Source: the human T2T-CHM13v2.0 reference genome, Homo sapiens
Assembly (NCBI RefSeq): GCF_009914755.1
Contig: NC_060928.1
Direction: 5' to 3' (one strand)
Length of the DNA: 64,000 bases
Made by a program: the position numbers and the translations under genes. The notes beneath the pieces were generated by a model that was not told where the DNA came from, did not search any database, and was given only the letters and a program-made list of their open reading frames with translations. Shown here in pieces: positions 41,991 through 58,525 of the stretch. Within the stretch, counting starts at the first letter, position 1, and each line of letters opens with the position of its first letter.

Positions 41991-42639
41991 TGTGTGTTGT
42001 CTCTCCACAGAATGAAGTAGTATTTGCTACTATTAACATAGAATTCATGAAAATAGAAAAAAGAACACTTCTTGAGTGGTGAAAACTTCCCAGTATGGTA
42101 AAAGTTAATTAGAATTTGTGTGAATTATACTGTGTAATTACCAAGGCAAGCAGAGTATTAATATGAATTTAAAATAGTAAGAGTAAGATTAAAGGCATAT
42201 AATTTAGTTCAAATGTGACATCTTGACAACCTGCAAAAATTGCTAGAAATGAATGGTTCTTAATATTAAGAAATATAATAAGGATTGGTTGATTATTTAA
42301 TAATTTAGATAATTTACATAAGAGTTATTGCAATGTGGGAACAGTGTTCTTGTTAACTGATTGTATTGTGTGGTTATGTTACCGACTACAAAAATTTAAA
42401 CTAAGGGGAAAGAATCACTTTACTCTCTTTTTATGTGAAACGACATTACTCTCACTGTATTGTTATAGTTGTAAATCCTAATATTTTGTCAAGTAGAAAA
42501 CATAATCTCTAGGTGTTATGTGGTTCCTTGACTTAATCTAGTCCTGATGTACTAGCCCTTATTATTATTTTTAAGCCTGTTGATTTTCCTTGGTCCATAA
42601 TCAATCTTATATTTGACATTTTAAAAAACTTAAAAAGTT

Positions 42640-42720
42640 TTATATGTATATTATATATATATAACTCATCAAATGAGTTTTATATATATAAATGAGATAT
42701 ATATAAATATAAATATATAT

Positions 42721-42766
<46 letters not shown>
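42640..42766. repeat. (TA)n/(CA)n microsatellite
   Basis: A TA-rich run followed by a long perfect CA run ending at ~42766. Confidence 0.95.
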
Positions 42767-42768
<2 letters not shown>

Positions 42769-44079
42769 CATTTGATGACCTGAAAGCATGAAAGCATATA
42801 CTGTATGTTCTGGACTTGGGTTTATGGAATAAAAATGTATGATTTTTAGGAAAATGTTATGTTTCTGGTCCAGCTGTATTCTGTTCACTCATTCCCCAAG
42901 TTAAATAAAATAATTTGTGTTCATTTTGTTTCTGAGTTAGTTTTCATCGTATAAAATTGGAATGATCCTAATTTTGACTCCTTAAACAATGTTAAAGGAA
43001 TAAACCATGCTATTTTTTTTAAAGAAAAGCTACTTCAAATTCCTATGCTTTGTAAGATACAGTGGATCAATATAAATGAGCAAGGACGTATAGACCAATT
43101 TATTTAATGTGTCCAAGGAAATAGTACATTTCACATTTGTGCTATTTTCAAAGTGATCCTGGTTAATTAAAAAACAACCACAACAACAAAAATTCAAAGA
43201 CTATAAGCCTAACTTGATCCTTCAAAGCTGTAAAAAAAAAGTGTGATTAAATATCCAAACAGAGTTTCTATGTTTTGTTACTGTGGCTGTCTCTTTGATA
43301 TAGGTATTACTGAAGTATGTGAAACAATAGAAATTCTTAAATGCATTTAAGCTGGTCTATGAATTTATAAGGTCTATGAATTTAGGCTAAACATGTAACA
43401 AATCTGCACTGTTAAGCAACAATAAAACATACACTTATTCAAGTAAATACAAAGAAACAATGACATCTCTCAGGAAGAGAAAGAAAATAAGATTGGATAA
43501 ATTTTAAAAATGATACCTCTAATTTTATTTTTGCTCATTCTTTTATAGTGTGATATGTTTTTTAGAAATCATGTCTTGATATTTCTTTTAACATCTCAAA
43601 TTGGCTCTTTCTTATGATTTTCTATTTCTGTAAATGTTTAGTTGTGATAGAGTTCTCTACATTCATATATATGTATATATATGTGTGTATATGCATGCAT
43701 ATATATACATGTGTATATCACCAACATCGTTTTTTTGTTGGTAACCATAACAAACATAAAAATGTAATTTTATATACTTTATATGTTTACAATATTAAAG
43801 CCTTAAAATATGTTCTATATAATCGGTAATATATGCCAAGTAATATATAATGTGGGATATATTTAATGTATAATATATAGATATGAAATATGATAGAAAA
43901 TGTATAATAATAACATAGAATATATTAGGAGTCCTATATTGTCTATTCTGAATTACATATATAATCATGTCTTATTTATTTATAACAAACCAAAATAAAT
44001 GATAATTAAAGCAGAAAGCCTGCTTTGCTTAGATAAAATTCACACTAATTTTTAGCTAAAATTTTATGTTGTCATAAAG

Positions 44080-45853
44080 AGATGATTTAAAATCTACGGA
44101 GTGAGTTAAGGGTCTGATGTCACTCTTCTGCATGGGGATATTCAGTTTTCTCAAGACCACCTACTAAAGAGAGATTCTTTTCCCCATGGTGTGTTCTTGG
44201 CATTTTTGTTGAAAAATCATTGGATTAAAGACTTAAATGAAAGACCTGAAACTGAAATTACAAGAGGAAAACACAGGGGAAACCTAAACAATATGTGTCT
44301 GAGCAATAATTTTTTTATTTAACCCCCAAAAGTCAGGCTACAAAAGCAAAAATAAACAAATGGGATTTTTTCAAACTGAAAAGATTTTGCACAGCAAAAG
44401 AAACAATCAATAAAGAAAAGAGGCAACCTACAAAATAGGATAAAATATGTGTACATTGTGTATTTGTACAAGGGGTTAATATTCAAAATATATCAGGAAC
44501 TCAAATGCATTACAGCAAGAAAATAAATAATGCATTTAAAAAAATGAGCAAAGGACCTGAATAAAGATTGTTTAAAAGAAGACATACAGTGGCCAAAAGA
44601 CATATTAAAAATGCTCATTATCACTAATCATCAGGGAAACGCAAATGGAAACCACAATGAGAATCACCTCATGTCTATTAGAATAGCCATTTTCCAAAAG
44701 ATGAAAGAGAAGTGTTGGTGAGGATGTACAGAAAAGGAAATCCTTGAACACTGTTGGTGGGAATGCAAATTAATTCAGCCATTATGGGAGCAGTATGGAA
44801 ATTCCTTAAAAAATTATATAACAAAACCTGAATATGATCCAGCAATCCCACTGCTTGATATGTATCTAAAAGAAAAGGCAATCAGTATATCCAAGACATA
44901 TCTGCACTGCTGTGTTCACTGTGGCATTATTCATAATAGTTAAGTTATGGAGTCAACCTAAGCATCCACCAATGGATAAATGGATAAAGAAAATGTGATA
45001 TACAGGCTGGGTACAGTGACTCATGCCTGTGATCCAAGCACTTTGGGAGACTGAAGCTGCAAGATTGCTTGAGGCCAGGAGTCCGAGACCAGCCTAGGCA
45101 ACACAGTGAAAACCCATCTATACAAAAAAACCGTAAAAATTAGCTGAGCATGGTGGTATGTACCTACAGTTTCAAGTACTACTATACAAATTCTAAAATT
45201 TGTATGTAGAAAATACCAGTTATATGACTCGGGAGGATCCCTTGAGACTAGGAAGTTGAGGCTGCAGTGAACCATGATGGTACCACTGCACTCCAGCCTG
45301 GATGACAGAGAAAGACCCACTCCACCTTAAAAAAAAAAAAAAAAAGAAAAGAAAGAAAAAAATGTGATATACATACACAATGGAATACTATTCTGCCTTA
45401 AAAAATTGTCACTTGTGACTACATGAATGAACTTGAAGGACATTATATTAAGTGAAATAATCCAGGCACAGAAAGACAAATACAGCATGTTCTCATATGT
45501 GGGAACAAAAACAATGAAACTCACAGAAGCAGAGAGTAGGATGGTGAACTACCAGGGGATGGCAGGTGGGGATCTGGGGGAGATGTTGGTTTAAGGGTAC
45601 AAAATTTCAGGAACACGAGATGAATAAGTTCAAGAAATCTATTGTACCGCATAGTGGCTATAGTTAATAACAATGTATTGTATACTGGAAAATTGCTGAG
45701 AGTAGGTTTTAAGTGTTTTCACCACAAAAAATTATGTAAGGTACTGCATATTAACTAGCCATTTCATAATGTATACTCTACAAAAATAATGTTGCCCTAT
45801 ATATATATATCTATCTATATATATATATATATATATATTTGTCAATTAAAAAT
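44080..45853 (+). mobile_element. L1MA (MA4/5-like) with a 5' inversion (44080-44220 antisense) and an internal AluJ
   Basis: Antisense ORF2 (cttctgcatggggatattcagttttc...gttcttggca) is fused to sense tggattaaagacttaaat. The 3' end reads gaataagttcaagaaatctattgtac...tttgtcaattaaaa. Confidence 0.9.
45005..45355 (+). mobile_element. AluJ carrying a foreign ~46-bp insertion
   Basis: J-type Alu (gattgcttgaggccaggag); TSD aaaatgtgatataca on both sides; non-Alu sequence at 45181-45226. Confidence 0.93.
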
Positions 45854-47121
45854 GTTTACTTAAAATTTGTATGTAGAAACTACCAGTTATTTTGAAAACC
45901 TTGAATTTATAAGGATTGGTAAACATGCACATTTAGATTTTACAATGAAACAAAATAAGGCAAGCATGTATATTTTTGTTTGCTTTAAAACTAGTTTATC
46001 ATAAATTTTGAATGTGTTGAATGCAAAGAGGAACTGGAATAAAATTTTTAAACTATTGTCTTCCAATATGCTGTTCAGGATCTCTTGTCTCAGCTTCTTT
46101 TTGGAATATTATGCATAGCTCACAGATTTCCAGCCACTTTGAGTCAAAAGAAGTCTCACTTTGAGAATTAAAACACATATCAAAGCTAAATAATGAAAAA
46201 TCTCAATATGGAATTTAAAGCTTAAGTATCATACAACATTATTATTTTTCCTCTCCCCTCAGTTCAGGGGCCTGCAGTAGGGACAAGGGTTGTGGTCTTT
46301 TCCTCACTCTTTCTTCTATGTCTTCCATGTCATGCTGGTAGAATCTTCAGGATGGATGTCAGGTAAATTGGAATGGAGGAAAAGAAACAAAGTGCTTTAT
46401 AACTGGGGCTATTATTACTCTGCTTTCAATAACCTTTTCGAGGCAGACATTCACATGCTATGTCTCCCATAGGATTCATTTCTTTCTCTTTAATTTGAAC
46501 TCTTGTGACTCTCCTGCAAATCCTGCATAGAGAACCTAATTACTAAGATTTTCTTGCTTGAAAAGTTTGCCCCCTTGGCTGGTTATTTTTAGGACAGCTC
46601 AATCTTGTCTGTCTTCCATAGTGTCCATTTGACCCACACATCCTTCATATGTCCACAAAAGGGATTCAGTCTGTCTGACTGCTGCCCTCTGCCTCTTCCG
46701 GCTACTGTTCTGCCCTCAGGATTCTACAGGAAAGGAGCAGCACTAGTTTCTATGTCCATACATGTCCCTTTCAATGTCCTGGGGGAAAATAAAATGCTCC
46801 ATTCTTTGAAAACACCTTTCACAGCATTCCCACTGCTGTTCCACGCTGTACCTAAAAGTTTATGCAACTTGGTGCACATCTGCCCAAAAAGTTGGGTGCA
46901 AGTCTTTCCTTTTGTAGAGATCTCTGAGCATTTCCTTTGAATATCACCTTCTTTTTTCCGAAGAAGCCACCTTATCCCCAATTCTCCCAAGGAGCACTAG
47001 GCTAAAACTTCACTGCTCTATCCAACTCTTTTCAATTTTATTCAGTGTTAATTTCCACAAACTCTAGATTTCTAGTCTTTAAAATATAGACTGGGAGGAC
47101 GAGAGTGTGCATCATAGAACT

Positions 47122-47171
47122 GTTTTTTTTTTTTTGGTTTTTTTTTTTTTTGTTTTTTTGTTTTTTTTTTT
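47122..47171. repeat. PolyT tract with G interruptions
   Basis: Directly visible. No retroposon body adjoins it. Confidence 0.9.
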
Positions 47172-47504
47172 ACCTTTAAGAAGCCTTGGAAGAAGTGTTT
47201 AGCAACAACTTATATCTCTCTAGTGTAGGGTGCGTATCTCTTTCTAATGTCTAGAGTGTAATCATCTCTTGCTTTCCGTTTGGGGCCTTTTACCAAATTA
47301 TAATAAAGTGGGGATACAAAAACAATTTAATAAAGAGTCACAGCATTGCAATTAGGAGACCAATAGAAAGAAGTCTGCTACTGATCTTTTTCTGTTGATT
47401 AATCTACTTTCTATTCAGAACCAAATAACCAAACAGAAGTTTAGACACACTGCCCATGTGTACAGGTAGTCATGTATCATAGAAAAACAGGCCACCTAAG
47501 TCAC

Positions 47505-47544
47505 TGTATTCGTCAGGGTTACCTGGAGAGACAGAACTAATAGG

Positions 47545-47581
<37 letters not shown>

Positions 47582-47964
47582 ATTTATATATATAAAGGGG
47601 AGTTTATTAAGTATTAACTTACAGGATCGCAAGGCCGTGATGCAAGCTTAAGGAGCAAGGAGAGCCAGTGTGAGTCTTAAAACTAAAGAACTTGGAGTCC
47701 AATGTTTGAAGGCAGGAAGCATCCAACATGGGAGAAAGATGAAGGCTAGGAGGCTAGGCCAGTCTCGCCTTTTCATGTTTTCCTGTCTGTTTTAAATTCA
47801 CTGGCAACTGATTAGATTGTGCCCACCAGATTAAGGGTGGGTCTGCCTTCCCCAGCCCACTGACTCCAATGTTAATATCCTTTGGCAACAGCCCCTTAGA
47901 CACACTCAGGATTAATACTTTGCGTCCTTCAATCCAATCAAAGTGACACTATTAACCACCCGCA
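47505..47964 (-). mobile_element. MLT2A (HERV-L) solo LTR with internal (TG)n and 5-bp TSD gtcac
   Basis: tgtattcgtcagggtt...gacagaactaatagga...gtgcccaccagattaagggtgggtctgcct...ccttcaatccaatca. gtcac lies at 47500-47504 and 47965-47969. Confidence 0.93.
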
Positions 47965-49282
47965 GTCACTGACCTACAATAGGCACAGATTGTGTTATTT
48001 CTATTAAGATTATTGTTTCTCATGTGGCTTATTTGGCTTGTCTTTCTCATTTTAGAAATTCATTCCTTTTCTCTTTATTGTAAATATTTACTATTATTTC
48101 TTCTTCCCATTCTTTAGCAGTTGTTCTATTATTATTACAGTTGGGTTAAATCTGAATGATTAAAAGGTAGGAAACATTGATATCTTAGTATTGTTTTACT
48201 GTGCTCAAATTGTATTGCAAGTAATCAGATATATCTATTCCCTAGGAAGACTTAAGATGTTGTTGCTCATTGTCTGTAATGTAGAAAAAGTAGCATGTTA
48301 TATTTAAATTTTGATTAATTGGTGACAAGTTGAATGGCTCTGCAGACTCTCAACAACATTCGGGTTTGAATTCAAATGAGCACATTTTCAAATCACCTCA
48401 AGCACTATACTTTTCCTCCCATGAGCATTAGAATAAGGTATTTTGAAAATAAAAATGAGAAGTTGTATTGCAATTAAAGATTTCAATGTAATTTAGTAGA
48501 GATAGGCAATATTCTAATAGTGAAATATAATGACATTTCAAAGCTCCCAGTGCAGTTTTATAAAAATTTATATTTCTTCCCAAATTATGAAAAAATAGGT
48601 TACTGCAGAAAACACCTTTTGCAAAGCCATGGTAAAATAAAAGAATTTTCCACAAAATTATGAAGGACAGGGGTGAAAAGAAAGAATTATGGTAAAATAA
48701 AGAGAATCAGTTGCCCCCTGATAGGTCTTTACTTCACAAACAAAGTTTGTGAATTGCATATGGATGTATTTTTGATCCACATATAAAATGTTCTGGAATG
48801 TTTGTGCATTATTAGATTGACAGAAAGTTACAGTAAAATTGTGTTTTTGGTGTACCGTCATGTTTTTGATATAGCCCATAGCACTTTAAAAATAAAGCAT
48901 AAACAGGTTAAATGGAAATCACCGAAAATATTTATCATGGAAATACTAATTTCACTAAAGCTGGTAGGTAACTATCACCATCAGACAAAGCTAACTTGAG
49001 ATAAAGGAGTATTATCAGAGAGAAACAGAACTTTTGAACCACGAAAATATTTGTAAGTCAAGACAAACCTTGTACCACAAATAATGAAAAAGAAAACCTT
49101 AAAATCAAATAGCAGAAACAATTTAACTCAACTGGTTATTAATATTTTATATAATTACACACAAGTAATTAACTTATAAAACCTTTGAATTCAGTAACCT
49201 AAATATAGACCTTTAGTAAGCAAAGTCTCCAAGGAAATATGTGTTTGATGCAATGTTTCCCTTAGTTTAGAAATATCTGTAA

Positions 49283-51628
<2,346 letters not shown>

Positions 51629-51629
51629 G

Positions 51630-52940
51630 ACAAATGAGTAAACATGTTCTCATTGTTGGTAGCTAAAGTTCTCACTCTGAAAGAAAGCCAGAAAACGTAT
51701 GGAATGAGAGAAAATAAGAATATGTCCTTTACCTTGTTTTGAAATAGAGATATAAGTATGATTCATATTTTTAGCAGAAAACAGAATTCTGCAGTAGCAA
51801 TGAGCACACCTATTACTCAAGTTTAGTCTTATAAATAATATTCCCCACTATAACTAACCATTGTTTCTTAGAGAAATGGGGGCCTCTGGACTAGTGTAGG
51901 GAAATTATAAGTTGAACCGAGGCAAGAGTGCTAATACATTAGAGAAGTTATGGTAAAGCACAGCAACCAACTGGAAGGAATTCTCATTGGCCACATTTGG
52001 GACACTTGGAGGGTAAAAAACATAACAGTGTTGAATTATTACCCATTTAATTAGAAAAATAATTCATGAATCTATAATAGCACTCACAAAAATAGGAAGA
52101 GAAAAAGAACGTTCTCTTGAAGGAATACCAGCTAAGGAATGTAGAGAGGTAAACAGAAATAGCAAATCAACAATGCAATATTAGATTCAGGCAGCATCCT
52201 CTGAGAGAAAACACACTGAGAAAAAGGATAGTCACACAATCTCAGAGTATCTTCTACAGATTGCTTAGAGAAAATAGGTTCATTCACTAATTTAGTATCA
52301 TCAATAATGATAAATAACAGACATTGCTTATTACCTAATGTGATGTGATAGGAATAGTGCTACACACCTATAGAGTATTCTTGCTCAAAATCTTTACCCT
52401 GAGTCTAATTGTTAGAAGAAAAACTCAGAAATATACACATTGTGTGGTAAAGTACAACTGTGAACCTTACAACTAATTTGGACTGTAAAAAATATTAATA
52501 ACATGTCAAGTTCTTGGACATTAAAAAAAAAGCCTCAGTAGATTTTGAGATTAAAAGAGATTTATGAGATATTGTAATTAGTTGTATGACCCTTAATTGG
52601 AACCCAGATTGGGAAATAAAAACCTGCAGAAGACATTTTTAGAAACAATGGGAAACTTGGATATGGACTGTATAGTTGATACTTTAAATGAAATAAAGCA
52701 TGTGGTTTTTACTATTACTGTAGTTCTGAGAGCAATGTATTTGTAATTGGGACATAAGTGTATTAAAATTTAGGTGTGAAGTATTAGGATATCTGCAGTT
52801 ACTTTCCTACTTTTAGACAAAAAAATTGTACAGAGAGAAAGACAAACAAATGTGTAAATTATTTTTAAATCACTTGTGAATCCAGGTGAGTTGTTTAGAG
52901 TTTTTCTACTATTCTATAATTTTACTTCATGTCTCTATTA
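51630..52940 (+). mobile_element. Old L1MC (MC4/5-like) 3'UTR
   Basis: gcagtagcaatgagcacaccta...ttcttagagaaatgg...ctcattggccacatttgggaca is homologous to 39735-39990. It ends ttttcaaaataaaaa. Confidence 0.75.
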
Positions 52941-53368
52941 TTTTTCAAAATAAAAATTGGACAAATGATTCACTGTGTATAATTTAAGGGATCAATTTTT
53001 ACAAAGAGCCATGATATCTCAATGAAAAGAGAAGCCTACCCATTTTTCATCCCAAGAAAAATTATATCAAAATTCAATTTAAAAGACAGGTTCCAGAAAA
53101 ATCCTCATATTTAAAAAACACACTATTATACAATGTTAATTCAGATATTTCTCTACTTATTAATTCTTTTAAAATTAAGAAAAGCAAGATATATAGTTTG
53201 TTAGAGATAAATGTTTATTTTTTTAAAAGTGTAAATCTGAAGAGAAACCTATTCTATTGACTATTCTTTAATATGTCCCACTGGAAAGAATAATATGAGT
53301 TACAGAGTGTTGCAACCTTTAGTTTATTTTTAAATCGAGAGGAAGCTTGCTACATTTCAAGAAAGTTA

Positions 53369-54554
53369 CCAATAGAATAGTATATTTGGACATAATGTTT
53401 GTAATTAACTGTTGTGCACTGTTCAGGTTTATTACTAAAATTTAGTTTCATTTATTCTGTGTTTTTAAAAAATCTGAGGACTATTTTTTAATGATTTATG
53501 CATCTTTGACTGCTGACCATGTTGTGTTACATTCTACCAATGGCATGGATAAGCTAGTCTATAATTTAAATTCATTTTTGATTAGTTATTATACCTAAAT
53601 AAAATAGTGTAGACTATACTATGTGATTCCTAAAACTTATATAATCAATTTTTGCCAATTCCTTGCCTATCCAAACTTAAAATACTAAGAAGATAGTGTT
53701 TCCCTTAGTGAAATTTTAAGTGTGGAATACCTACAAAATTGTGCACAAATCATGTGTGTGTGTGTGTGTGTGCACGTGCGCATGCAATTCAGTAAATTTT
53801 AACCAACTCTGCACATTCAATAAGCTCCCAGGTCAGGAAATATTACCAGAAAAGGACGCTTGTCATCAGCATCCTTTTCTACTATTGGTCATCACTGATC
53901 TCATTTCTAACAAAGATGAGTCATTTCCAAGATGATGATCAAATTCACAATTATACCATAAATTTTATGTCCATTATAGTGTTAATGGACCTTTGGATTA
54001 TGTCTAGGTTTTAAGTGTTACAAATGATGCTTCTATAAAAATTCCAGGACATGTCTTTCGGTTCTCATATAAACGTACTCTTGTTGACATACACCAATGA
54101 ATAGAATTGCTGGATTAGAGGATATTAATATTCTCAGCTTGAGAAAGTGCTCTCACAGTTACCACAGTGATGTTAAAAATTTTTATTCCTTTTATCAATA
54201 GATGAGAGTGTGGATTGCTTCTCTTTCCCACCAACATTATTTTCTACATCTTTCTATTTTAGACATTCTGGTTGGGTTATAATGGTATTGGCTTATAACA
54301 TGAATTTGCATTTTCCAATAAATAATGTAATGGTATTGGCTTATAATAAGAATTTGCATTTCTAATAAATAATAATTCCAACAGAATAGTCTATTTTGAC
54401 ATAATGTTTCTAATTAACTGTTGTGCACTGTTCAGGTTTATTATTAAAATTTAGTTTCATTTCTTCTGTGTTTTTAAAAAATCTAGGGACTATTTTTTAA
54501 TGATTTATGCATCTTTGACTGCTGACCATGTTGTTGTGTTAGACTCTACCAATG
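53369..54554. repeat. ~175-bp direct duplication (53369-53542 and 54378-54554)
   Basis: gacataatgttt.taattaactgttgtgcactgttcaggtttatta...gcatctttgactgctgaccatgttg occurs in both copies with few mismatches. Confidence 0.97.
53700..54330 (-). mobile_element. L1ME-like 3' region
   Basis: gttaatggacctttggatt...aaatgatgcttctataaa...gaatagaattgctggatt...cattctggttggg...aatttgcattt. Confidence 0.7.
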
Positions 54555-54914
54555 TATTTTGAACTTTGTATTTGAGTGAAGTTTTTCATGTTACAGCTTA
54601 AAAGATTTCACCTTTTTTTAACTTATAAAATACTGTGTAAAAACCCCCTTTATCTCTGCTTCTTACCCTATCCCTGAATCTTACATTTTCAAAGCCTCCG
54701 GTAAGATGTGCTCCTTTGAAACATTTACTCAAAACAAAATAGCCTATGTTTTTAGAGTTTTAAAAAATGTGTAAGATGATATAGTTGAGCAGCCTATTTC
54801 ATGTGTTTTTAGTCATTAGAATTATTCATTAGGGAAGTTACTATCACATCTTTCTCTTATAAACTCTTATTAGATATTTGTACTCTGGCTATCTGGTTTC
54901 ATTTGGTAGGTTGA

Positions 54915-55532
54915 GTTTTTAAAAATAATCTGTTTTTTAGAGTAGTTTTGCATTCACTGCAAAACTGAATGGAGAGTACAGGTAATTTCCATATATTCCT
55001 TGTACATAAACACAACCCCCCACTACTGACATCCTGCACTAGAGTTTTACATTTTTTATAATTGATAAACGTGCATTGACGTGTCATCATCCAAAGTCCA
55101 TAGCTTATATTCAAGTTTACTGTTAGTGTTCTATATGCTACGAGTTTTAACAAATGTATAATGACATGCATACATGATTATAGACCCCAGAGCAGTGACA
55201 CTGCACTAAAAATCCTCTGTGCTCCTTTCATTTATCCTTCCCTCCCCACAAGATATGGAAAACACTGATATTTACTGTCTCCATAGTTTTGTTTTTTTCA
55301 GAATATTATTTAGTTGGAATCATAAAATATGCCATTTCACATTGGTTTCTTTCACTTTATAATATGCATTTAAGGTTTTTTCATGTCTGTTCATGGATTG
55401 ACAGCTTAAATTTCTTTTTTGTACTGAATAATATTCCATCGTCTGCTGTTGTATCTAGTTTCTTTATCCATTCACCTACTAAAGGGCATCTTGGTTGCTT
55501 TCAAGTTTTGGCAATTATGAATAAAGCAGCTT
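54915..55532 (-). mobile_element. L1MC1/2-like 3' end (left part of an interrupted element)
   Basis: ttttagagtagttttgcattcactgcaaaactga...catccaaagtccatag...ggcatcttggttgctttcaagttttggcaattatgaataaagcagct. Confidence 0.88.
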
Positions 55533-55946
55533 CTTGACCAACTGGACCTAAGAGACATCTACAGAATACTCCACCCGACAACCATGGAATAAACATTCTT
55601 CTCACTCACACGCAGAACGTATTCTAAGATTGACTACATGCTTGGCCATAAAGCAACTTTCAATAAGTTCAAAAAACTCAAAATCATACCAAGAGTATGT
55701 TCAGACTACAGTGCAATAAAAATAAAATCAAAGCCAATGAAAACTGAACAACTTGCTTCTAAATAACTCATGGGTAAACAATGAAATTAAGGCAACAATC
55801 AAAAACATTATTTGAAACTAATGAAAATAGAGACAAAATTTACCAAAATCTTTGTGATGCAGTTAAAGCAATGTTAAAAGATCATAGTGTTAAACACCGT
55901 TATCAAGAAGTTAGAAAGATCTCCAATTAATGATCTAACATCACAC

Positions 55947-56300
55947 TGCATTAGTTTGTTCTCACATTGCTATAAAGAACTATCCTTAAAAATTTTTAAA
56001 GAAAAGAGGTTTAGTTGATTCACAGTTCTGCAGGCTATACAAGAAGCATGGCTGGGAGGCCTCAGGAAACATAATCATGGTGGAAGGTCAAAGGGGAAGC
56101 AAGCAAATCTTCGCATGGTGGCAGGAGAGAGCGAACAAAGGGGGAGGTTCTACACACTTTTAAACAAGCAGATCTCATGAGAACTCACTCACTATCATGA
56201 GAACAGCAAGGGAGAAATTCGACCCTATGATCCAATCACCTTCCACCCAACTCCAATACTTGAGATCACAATTTAACATGTGATTTGGGTGGGAACACAC
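55947..56300 (-). mobile_element. MSTA-like MaLR LTR inside the L1
   Basis: tgcattagtttgttctcacattgctataaagaa...gaggcctcaggaaac...agatctcatgagaactcactcactatcatgagaacagca...gatttgggtgggaacac. Confidence 0.92.
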
Positions 56301-58213
56301 CAACAGGAACTAGAACAAAAAAAGCAAACCAACCCCTAAGCTAGCAGAAGAAAAGCAATAACTAAAATCAGAAAAGAACTGAATGAACTTGAGATGCAAA
56401 AGTCCATACAAGAGATCAGTGAAACCAAGAGCTGTTTCTTCCAAAGAATAAACAAAGTTGATAGAGCACTAGTTAGATTAACAAAGAAAAATGAGAAGAT
56501 CCAAATAAGCTTAAGTGCAATCAGAGATAACAAAGATGACATTATAACTGATCCCACAGAAACACAAAAGATCCTTAGAGACTATTAAGAACACGCTATA
56601 CATACAAATTAGAAAATCTAGAGGAAATGGATCAACTTCTGGAAACTACAATCTCCCAAAATTGGACCAGGAAGAAAACAAAATCCTGTCTACACAAATG
56701 GCAAGCTCTGATATTGAATCAGTAATTTAAAAACTACCAACCAAAAAAAGTCCTAGACTACATGGATGCAGCCAATTTCTATGAGTCATACAAAGAAGAG
56801 CTGGAAACAATACTATTATAACTATTCCAAAAAAATCAAGGAGGAGGGGCTCCTCCCTAACTCATTCTAAAATTCAGCCTCATCCTGATACCAAAATCTG
56901 GCAGAGACACAACAACAACAACAACAAAACTTCATGCCAATATCCTTGATGAACATAGATGCAAAAATTCTTAGCAAATTATTGGCAAATTGAATCCAGT
57001 AACACACCGAGAAATTAATTCCCCATGATCAGGTAGGTTTTACTCCTGGAATACAAGGTTGGTTCAACATATACCAGTCAACAAATGTGATTCACCACAT
57101 AAACAGAATTAAAGTAAAAAAACCATAATCATCTCAATGGATGCAGGAAAAGCTTTCAATAAAATCCAACAACCCTTCTTGATAAAAAAAAAAAAAGATC
57201 CTCGATAGAATAGGCATCAGAAGGACATACCTCAAAATAATAAGAGCCACCTATGACAAACCTACAGCCAATATCATACTGAACCGGCGAAAGCTGGAAA
57301 CATTCTCCCTAAGAGCTATAATAAGACAAGGATGCCCACTCTCACTTCTCCTGTTCAATATAGTACTTTATGTCTAAGCCAGAGCAATCAGGCAAGAAAA
57401 AGAAATAAAAGGCATTCAAATGGGAAAAAGAAGTCAATCTATCTCTCTTAACTGATGATATAATTCTGTAGTTTGAAAACCTTTAAGTCTCTGCCCATAG
57501 GCTACTGGAACCAATAAATGATTTTAGCAAGATTTCAGGACACAAAAGCAAATTACAAAAATCAATAGCATTTCTCTACACCAGTAACTTCCAGGCTGAG
57601 TCAATTCAAGAATACAATCCCATTTACAATACCCACAAAGAAAATGATATACCTGTTAATACAGCTAACTAAAGAAGTGAAAGATCTCTACAAGGAGAAC
57701 TACAAGACACTACTGAAAAGAAATCAGAGATGACAAAAATAAATGGAAAAACATTCCATGCTCATGTATTGAAAGAACTAATGTCATTAAAATGGCCATA
57801 CTACCTATAGCAATTTACATATTCAATGTTATTCCTATGAAACTACAAATGTCATTCTTCACAGAATTAAAAAAAAAAAAAACAAAAACTATTCTAAAAC
57901 TTATGTGGAGCCAAAAAAGTGCCTGAATAGCAAAGCAGTCCTAAGCAAAAAGAGCAAAGCTGGAGACATCATACTATCCAACTCCATATTATATTACAAG
58001 GATACAGTAAGCAAAACAGCATGGTACCGGTATAAAAACAGACACCTAGAACAAAGAAACAGAAGACAGAAACCAGAATAAAGCCACATATCTACAGCTA
58101 TCTAATCTATGATAAAGTCGACAAAAATCAGCAATGGGGAAAGGACTCCCTATTCAATAAATGGTGCTGGGCTAGCTGGCTAGCTATATGCAGAATAATA
58201 AAACTAGATCACT

Positions 58214-58525
<312 letters not shown>

